Shown: in pieces, positions 13,430-20,401 of the stretch
Numbering within the stretch: the stretch's first letter is position 1
Layout: each line of letters starts with the position of its first letter
The notes under the pieces: model-generated
Databases searched by the model: none
What the model was told of the DNA's origin: nothing
What the model saw: only the letters and a program-made list of their open reading frames with translations
From: Prorocentrum cordatum
Taxonomy: Eukaryota
DNA: 64,000 nt
Assembly: GCA_963575745.1 (NCBI GenBank)
Contig: CAUYUJ010000170.1
Span: forward strand, 558,001-622,000
Reading direction: 5' to 3'
Translations under genes and position numbers: made by a program

Positions 13430-14150
13430 CCCCGAAGGGGAGCCGCCAGGGGTGAGGCCACTCTAGGATTCTCGCCCAGATTTTGTGGCCAGCTCTGGCG
13501 GTTTGCCTGTTTCTCCTCCTAAGACTTTTCTCTTTTGGCGGTTCAATGTTCACCCCGAGAAAGAAGGCGTCGCATTTGGGACCCCCAGGGGGGGCCACCA
13601 GGGGTGAGGACACTCCAGGACTCTCGCCCAGATTTTGGGGATGTCTCGATCGGTTTGCCAGCTTCTGCCCTGCAGTCTTTGGACTTGCGTGTTCCTCACT
13701 CATTCACTCACTCATTCACTCACTCACTCACTCACTCGCTCACCCAGCTCCTTTCCGTACTCACGCCCCTGTTAAGTGATATTCATATTCATTCATATTT
13801 ACTCACTTATGCTCTGATTTGCTCACTCAAACTCTGACTCACGCACACCCAGGCCCCAGACCAGCTCACTCACCCTCCGCCTCATTCGTGTTCAGACTAC
13901 CTCGCACCCAGGCTCATTCATATTCATATTGTTATCATCACACTCAATCTTAGACTCACCCAGCCTCAGATTCGCTCAGGCACACTCAGACTCACTCGCC
14001 CTCAGACTCACTCATATTTAGACTCACTCGTACCCATGTTGACTTCTAGCCAGACGCACTCACAGTCGGACTCAATCGTGCCCGGATCCACTCACACTCG
14101 GTCTCGCTCACACTCATAGCGCCCACGCTCAGATTCACTCGCACTGAGGC
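13430..14150 (+). repeat. Short satellite remnant followed by (CTCA/CTCAGA)n tract
   Basis: cgcccagattttggggatgtctcg motif then CTCA repeats. Second copy at ~47,794-48,515. Confidence 0.8.
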
Positions 14151-14456
14151 TCACACGCGCGTGTCTGCCGCGATGCAGCCGACGTGGCACCGAGGCACCC
14201 CCAAGTTCCAGCAGGCGCCGCGAGTAGCGCGCCAGAGAGCGGGCGTACGGAGCAACGCCATGCGCTCCTGCTTGGGTTGTTGCGGGGAGAACGGCATGGG
14301 GAAATCCCCCTCGTCGTCTCTCCTGAAAAATGTCCAGAGGAGGAGGAGGAGGAGGAGGAGGAGGAGGAGGAGGAGGAGGAGGAGGAGGAGGAGGAGGAGG
14401 AGGAGGAGGAGGAGGAGGGGGAGGGAGGAGGAGGAGGAGGAGGAGGAGGAATCGCT

Positions 14457-14488
<32 letters not shown>

Positions 14489-14775
14489 TGCCGCGTCTGT
14501 CGTCTACGCAGGCTCGCTCTCACGCCCATATACTCAAAGACAGAGTTTCCCAGCGAAGCGGGACAATAGTATGTCATGCACACATGGGGATCTCCGCGTC
14601 GGGTCTTTTTCCCCCTCGTTCTGCCAGTTCCCCTCGCCCGTTCTGGGGCGGCGGGATCTGTACAGATCCACTGCCCGAGGCCTGGCCCATCCTGGGTCCA
14701 GGAACTGTATATGTATATATGTATGTATATCTATATGTATGTATGCATGCATGCATGCATGCATGTCTGTCTGCC

Positions 14776-14810
<35 letters not shown>

Positions 14811-14854
14811 ATGGATGGATGGATGGATGGATGGATGGATGGATGGATGGATGG

Positions 14855-14932
14855 TGCGTGCATGTCTTTCCTTATCCCGTCACGAGTCCAGGCCGTCGAT
14901 GTTAGATCGCTTCAGTGGGTTTTTGGGCTCAA
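14855..14932 (+). repeat. Split direct repeat A1
   Basis: 78 bp, 4 mismatches to A2 (19,696-19,773) by manual alignment. Confidence 0.93.
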
Positions 14933-14955
14933 GAATCTGCACCAAGGCAGTGCGT

Positions 14956-15774
14956 ATGGATTACTGGCTCCCTGCCGCCCAGTCCATTTGGCAGGGAGCG
15001 TTCGCCTATCTCCTGGGCAGCAACCTGCAGAGGTGCCCGCCAGTCCACGTCCCTTCGTGCCCCGCCATACCGAGCTGTGTGTGCCCGCCTTGTCCTGGCT
15101 GTCCGACGTGTCCCGGGGGCTCCCTCGCTCCCGCCACGCCCTCGGCGAACGGCGGGGGCAGCAGCGAACCACGACAGCCCTCCTCCGTCTGGTCTGTGGT
15201 GCCGGTGAACGAGGCTCTCCTGCTGGTCCTGGCGCTGACCTACGGCGCTCTGTCGTGGAACCGTGTCGTGCTGATGTGCTGGCGCCGCAGGGCTGGCCGT
15301 GCAGAACGTGAGCCCAGTGGGAGCAGCACCTCATGGGATGCTCCAGGGAACGTCGGTGCACTACGATGGAAAGCAGATGTGGCACCAGCGTCTGATCCAG
15401 GGCGACGGGGGTGGACTCGACTGGAGAGAGTCATTCAGTGGATGGTGTTCCTCTGTGCGGTGGTCAATGACATCTATGAGGACAGCTACTCACGCCAGGG
15501 GAGAGACATCGCTGCGGTGAGGTTCACATCAGATCGAGCTGCTCTCCTTCGAGGCGTCGGTGCCGTCAACTCGTACGGGTTCGGAAGGAACCGCACGGTG
15601 GCGCAGATGCAGCAGATCGACCCGACTGCGCTGGACTACGGCACCGCCGCTCTGGCCGCCGACCACCTGCGCCTGCGGCTGCCTGTGCCTGGCGGGCCGT
15701 TCGCCGTCCCGCTGACCTTCGGTCCCGCAGGAAGCGTTGGGCCTGGCGCGGGCGCTGGGCTAGCTAGCGGCTAG
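14956..15774 (+). CDS. Retrotransposon ORF1: Cys/Pro-rich region, hydrophobic helix, then putative gag-position sequence
   Basis: First ATG after A1 (MDYWLPAAQ...). Contains CPPVHVPSCPAIPSCVCPPCPGCPTCP and ALLLVLALTYGALSW. Gag role inferred from position only, and it may be two fused or frameshifted ORFs. Second copy at 49,315-50,133. Confidence 0.5.
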   Translation: MDYWLPAAQSIWQGAFAYLLGSNLQRCPPVHVPSCPAIPSCVCPPCPGCPTCPGGSLAPATPSANGGGSSEPRQPSSVWSVVPVNEALLLVLALTYGALSWNRVVLMCWRRRAGRAEREPSGSSTSWDAPGNVGALRWKADVAPASDPGRRGWTRLERVIQWMVFLCAVVNDIYEDSYSRQGRDIAAVRFTSDRAALLRGVGAVNSYGFGRNRTVAQMQQIDPTALDYGTAALAADHLRLRLPVPGGPFAVPLTFGPAGSVGPGAGAGLASG

Positions 15775-15994
15775 CCGCCGCAGGCGCCGGGGCCCCCACG
15801 GCCGTGGTGATCCCGCCTGCCGGCTCGCACCTCCGCGGGGCCGCCAGCTTGATGCCGCTGGCTGATGGGACGTGGGTGGCCGTCCGCTCGATCTCCGAGC
15901 CCGCGCAGATCTACGCGGGGAGGGAGGCCACTTCCGACGCCAGCGGCGGTGGCCCGCCGCCTGCTGGTGAGTTGTACTCGTTGGGCGATCGTGC

Positions 15995-17693
15995 TGGACG
16001 ACAGCGTGATCTATTTCCACTGCCTGGGCCCTGTCAACAGCATCGGGGGACTTCAGAGGCGTAGGGCATCGCTTGTTCACGGTCGGTGGCGCGTCGGGTT
16101 CTCCGCAAGGGCCACGCCAACTCGATGGAGGGCGAGATCGTTCGGACCCTCAATGAGCTGTACCTTGGCCAGCCCTGGCACCCCGTCAGCCATCCTCAGT
16201 CCATCACTGCGGGCCAGCGGCAGGCCCTGGACAACGTTCGAGACACAGTCCGGCGGTTCGGCTCGCCCCCGGAGGGATTGACTGGCTCAGGAGCCCTTGA
16301 GGAGCTCCGAGTTCTCAGCGACTGCGCTGGCGAGAGCGCCACAGTCGCTCCGCTCGACTTTGATCATATCAATAGTCTCTCGCTTCCAGACGAGGGTTTC
16401 AAGCCCGTGCCGCTTGACGCGCTGGGAGGGGATGCTGGCCGAAAGATAGTCGAGCGGCTTCATGGTATGATGTTGTCCCAGTCTGAGGGTCGTGCAGCTC
16501 TCCCTCGCGAACCGCTTCGTGGACCGCCGACCTGTGCCGCTGGTGTCCGAGGGTGTGATTCATGCCGAGTACGTGGACAATGCGATCAGCCTCTCTACGG
16601 ACCTGGACACGGCGGTCGCCGCGGCGTCGGCCGTGGACCCGAACGTTCGTGCAGCGGGTCTCCCTACCCACGGAGTCGAGAGCAGCTTTGGCGCCGTGGC
16701 ACTAGGCTGGCAGTTCGACGAGAAGTTCCCGATCATCGGCCTGAACCCAGCGCCCCGCTGGAAATTGCGTTTGGCCTTCCTGGAGCTGTCTTGACGGGGA
16801 TATGCCTCGGGCAAGACGATCTCGCGCGTGGTGCCCCACTTCACCTCGCGGGGTCTGGTTCGCCGAGAGCTTTTGGCCGCTCTCAACTCGCTGTGCGCTT
16901 TTTCTGCCCAGTATGGAGGCCGCGCAGCGCGGCTGTGGCCCTCTTGCCTCCGCGAGCTTCGCTGGTGCGCCAGCCTCGTCATGTTCTGTTTCCGGGGCGC
17001 TGGCGCCCCGCTCGACAGCGCGCTCACGACGGTTGATTCATCGTGGTGGGGAGTTGGAGTCACTCAGAAAAGTCGTCTGCCCCAGTCGCTCGTGAGCTCT
17101 CCAAGTACAATGAGATATGGAGATTCAGTAGTCATCAGGAGTCCGAGATGTCGCATCGATCCCACGCCTTCAAGTCGGCGACGTCCGCCGACCCCTTCAC
17201 CCCAGAGTCGGTCTTCATCATCGCCTGCTCCGGGAACCCAAAGGCCCCGATCAAGGAGCCCCTGGAGGTGCTCGTAGAAGAGCCCGTCAAGGAGCCCGTG
17301 ACGGAGGGGGTGCACATGGAGGAAGAGATGGTCAATGACGTCGAGGAGGAGGAGTTCCCCGAAATTTCATACGACGTTTGGGCGAAAGGCTGGGTCCCCG
17401 TGGTGTCTCATCGCTGGATCCGTTCAGAGCATCAGGTTGTCTTGGAGGCCCGCGGTATGGTCGTGGCCATCCGTCATGTCACATTCCTTCGACGTGTCTC
17501 ATCATTCGACCGATGCCATCTCTGCTTGGGCGACTGTTTGGGAGCCATCCTGGCCGCCACCAAGGGGCGTTCGTCGCGGCGGGAGACGGGCCGCGTGTGC
17601 CGGCAGCTGGCGCCCCTTTCGCTGGCCAGCGGCGCTGCATTCTTCTAGCGCTGGGTCCCCTCGGAGAGGAACTCGGCCGACCGCGCCTCCAGG
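15995..17693 (+). pseudogene. Decayed reverse transcriptase / RNase H (pol)
   Basis: RT motif EYVDN at 16,567-16,581, later LGW and GKTISRVVPHFT. RNase H motifs TVDSSWWGVG, LEARG, LGDCLGAILAATKGRSS and RWVPSERNSADRASR (17,649-17,693). Stops at 16,792 and 17,646 plus frameshifts. Upstream RT motifs are not found. Second copy at ~50,354-52,052. Confidence 0.85.
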
Positions 17694-18036
17694 AACCTGC
17701 CGGGCGTGGGCTACGCGGCCGCGGCGGCCGACTCCTGCTGCCTAGGCGCTGCCGCTGGCGGCCCCAGCCCTGCGAGCGGGCGCGGAGGGCCTGCTGGCGA
17801 GAGCTGGGCCGACATCGGGCCCCCGCCCGGCCTCGAAGGGGGGGCTCGCTGGCCTTCTGTCTGGGTGAGCTCCCGCGACGGCAGCCGCGAGCCCGGCGGG
17901 GCCGTGGGAGCTGGCAGCCGAGTCTCCGAACGGCCCGGGGCGAGCGAGCCGCCGCCAGGCGAGGCTGCCCCATGGCGGGAGCTGGCGGGATCAGCTCCAG
18001 CGGTCGTTCCTCGAGTCGGTCCTCGAGCTCAGGGCC

Positions 18037-18744
18037 GTGAAGGACAGGGCCGTCTGGAGCTACCTGGTCCGATGCCGAGCTTTCCTGATCTGGTCGACGA
18101 AGGCCTACCTGTCGGTGGCGAGTGTCACGGACCTGGAGATCGACTGGATGGTGGCGTACGACTCCCTGGCCGCTGCCCGAACGGTCGTCTTGACGTCCGT
18201 CCTCGGCCTGGGGTCGTCGGCGACGCTGTCGCTGCGCGTCCGGCCAGTCGAGCAGCTGGTCAGGGCTGGTCCACAACATCTGGGCATGTACTCGATCCTG
18301 CAGTTTCCCGCGGAGCTCAGGGTGATGTCGAAGGCCCTGGTCTACGACGCCAGTCTCCAGGTGGACAGCCCAGAGTTCAGCGGGGCCGACCAGCTGCTGG
18401 ATTGCCTCGTGGGGAGACGTGCGATCGACGCGCTCCTGTCCTACCTGGACATGAGGCTCTGGGTGCGGGCGCTCCTGCAGGCGGGCGCCGCCCTCGGACT
18501 GGGCGCCCTCGCCCCCCCAATGCCGCATCCGCTGCGCCGCGGGGGGGCCAGCCCCGAGTATCCGACAAACGCCAGGACATTCGGCGACATCAAGAAGCGC
18601 TGGCAGTGGGATGCCGTCAGGGGCCTCATGCAGTACGCGAGGGATGGTCAAGTTCAAGTGGTGCTGTGGCGTCTGCATCCCGTCCTACAGTCTCGGGCCC
18701 ACGTTTGCGTCGCGACTATTGGAGGCACCCTGTGCAGAATCTGA
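18037..18744 (+). pseudogene. Tyrosine recombinase (degenerate)
   Basis: HPLRRGGAS (H at 18,526) followed by KKRWQW and MQY (Y at 18,634), matching the HxLRxGGA...GRW...Y signature. The first catalytic Arg box is not recognisable and the true start is uncertain. Second copy at 52,396-53,103. Confidence 0.8.
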
Positions 18745-18773
18745 GCTCCTGGGCCCACCTGACCGACTCGAAG

Positions 18774-19529
18774 GTGTACTTGGAGGTCTTCAGTGGCTCC
18801 GGGAACTGGTCCCAGGCGCTGCGGGGGAGCATGACTTCTCGCCTGGCGCCGCGGGTCTTCGAGCTGGACGTGGACCATGAGCCCACCCTCGGTGACCTCA
18901 GCCGGCGGCGAGCCCAGCGCGTGGTGCGCGGGTGGCTCCGTGGTGGCCTGCTGCAGGGCGTCTGGCTCGGGATGCCCTGCAGCTCGTGGTCGCGGGCACG
19001 GAATCGTCCCAACGGGCCACCAGCCCTGCGGGACGCCGCCCACGTGTTTGGCCTGCCCAACCTGTCGTCGGCTGACCCCCTCAAAGTCGAGACGGGTAAC
19101 GAGTTATCGCAGTTCTCTTTCAGCTTGTTTTTGGAGTGTGCCAGGCGCGGAGTCCCCGCAGCAATCGAGAACCCTTCCACCTCGTGGGTCTGGCAGACCC
19201 GCTGGGCCCAGCATGCGGCACGCCAGCCAGGGGTTAAGACTGTGGAGTTTGATTTCTGCGCCTTCGGCACTGCTTGGAGGAAGAGAACCCGTGTGATACC
19301 TGCTCATTTCAATTTTGACTCGATCAGCTCTTGCAAGTGTACAGGGCGTGGCCTTTGTTCTTTCACGCACCGTCCGCACCGAGCTCTGGAAGGCAAGACG
19401 CCTTCCGGAGTTTTCTGGACCAAAATAGCCGAGCCATACCCGCCCAGCTTGTCCAGTGCCCTTGCCAGAGCCTATCGTGAAGCTAGATTGTCATCTACGC
19501 ACCAAGCCTTGGTGCGATTGGCGGCCTAG
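18774..19529 (+). CDS. C5 cytosine DNA methyltransferase-like domain (retrotransposon-borne)
   Basis: Motif I LEVFSGSG (18,780-18,803), II FELD, IV GMPCSSWS (C at 18,978), VI IENP (E at 19,167), VIII FGTAWRKRT. No stops over ~250 codons. Start codon undefined. Confidence 0.85.
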   Translation: MYLEVFSGSGNWSQALRGSMTSRLAPRVFELDVDHEPTLGDLSRRRAQRVVRGWLRGGLLQGVWLGMPCSSWSRARNRPNGPPALRDAAHVFGLPNLSSADPLKVETGNELSQFSFSLFLECARRGVPAAIENPSTSWVWQTRWAQHAARQPGVKTVEFDFCAFGTAWRKRTRVIPAHFNFDSISSCKCTGRGLCSFTHRPHRALEGKTPSGVFWTKIAEPYPPSLSSALARAYREARLSSTHQALVRLAA

Positions 19530-19558
19530 GGCCAGTTAGATCTTCGGAGAGATGTTTC

Positions 19559-19955
19559 GAGGTCGCTGTTGTTTGTCCTGGCCTCCCGCGTCTCCTCTCG
19601 ACGCGGATGGATGGTGCACTCTGGTTGGGCAACGTTTGAGAACAGACACTGTCGAGATGCTGGCCTGGAAATAGAGCGGGGTCTAGGATATCCTATGCGT
19701 TCATGTCTTTCCTTATCCCGTCACGTGTCCAGGCCGTCGATGTTAGATCGTTTCCGTGGGTTTTTGGGCTCAACCCTGCCCACCCACCCTTGAGCCTTGT
19801 AAAGAGATGCTCCGTCACTCGCAGGAGGTCGCTGTTGGTTGTCCTGGCCTCCCGCGTTTCCTCTCGACGCGGATGGATGGTGCACTCTGGCTGGACAACG
19901 TCTGCGAACAGACACTGTCGAGATGCTGGCCTGGAAATAGTGCGGGGTCTAGGAT
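19559..19955 (+). repeat. Split direct repeats B1-A2-(spacer)-B2
   Basis: B1 and B2 are each 131 bp with 7 mismatches by manual alignment. A2 lies between them. Confidence 0.93.
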
Positions 19956-20297
19956 GTATGTATGCATTTATGTATGTATGTATGTATGTATGTATGCATG
20001 CATGCATGCATGTATGTATGTATGTATGTATGTATGTATGTATGTATGTATGTATACATACATATGCCTCCCTGGCCAAATAAGGAGGGCATATACGCCG
20101 CTCCCGGGCCCAGGATGGGCCAGGCTCGGGGCAGTGGATATGAAAAGACCCCCGCCGCCGTGCGTTCGCGTCCTCCCAGTCTTCCTGTGGTTTGCCCACG
20201 CGGTCCGGGAGGCTCCGAGAGGGCCCCAGGCTCCCCGGGAGGCCGCCGAGACTCGTCCCCGAGGCCAGAGGCGCCCAGAACCGGCCCAGGGAGCACA

Positions 20298-20318
20298 GCC
20301 GTAGCCCTCTTGCTCACG
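20298..20318 (+). other. Relic dinoflagellate spliced leader
   Basis: gccgtagccctctt-gctcacg vs DCCGTAGCCATTTTGGCTCAAG (18/22, one gap), 83 nt upstream of the ATG. Second copy at 54,657-54,677. Confidence 0.7.
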
Positions 20319-20401
20319 TCCAGCGCTGGCTCGGGCAGCCCTCCCGCCGGATTCGAGCTCGTCGGACCTGCCACGGGCTGCCGCCGTCGGGCACTGGCAG
20401 C

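Larger units (their letters stand above)
14855..19955 (+). mobile_element. Tyrosine-recombinase retrotransposon (DIRS order, split direct repeats) carrying a C5 DNA methyltransferase, copy 1
   Basis: Termini A1 14,855-14,932, B1 19,559-19,689, A2 19,696-19,773, B2 19,825-19,955. Internal order ORF1, RT (YVDN), RNase H, YR, DNMT. Confidence 0.9.
14647..20159. mobile_element. Small inverted-repeat-bounded (MITE-like) element hosting the retrotransposon
   Basis: 14,647-14,713 (ggcggcgggatctgtacagatccactgcccgaggcctggcccatcctgggtccagg..gtatatg) is the imperfect reverse complement of 20,090-20,159. Tetranucleotide microsatellites lie inside both arms. No TSD seen. Confidence 0.6.

Noticed and set aside
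14161..14955. N-terminal half of the 537-aa ORF
   Set aside because: Translation of (GGA)n, (GTC)n and tetranucleotide microsatellites lying mostly outside the element.
17706..18773. N-terminal ~350 aa of the 607-aa ORF as part of the methyltransferase
   Set aside because: Low-complexity GC-rich read-through overlapping the YR frame. MTase motifs begin only at ~18,774.
14855..19955. LTR retrotransposon or classical DIRS1 (inverted termini plus ICR) classification
   Set aside because: No DDE integrase, LTR pair or TSD. The termini are split direct repeats, and the flanking inverted repeats lie outside the microsatellites and belong to a separate element.
20192..20401. N-terminal 70 aa of the 869-aa ORF call
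   Set aside because: Starts at a non-ATG codon in repeat DNA and spans the SL relic. The ATG at 20,402 is the credible start.
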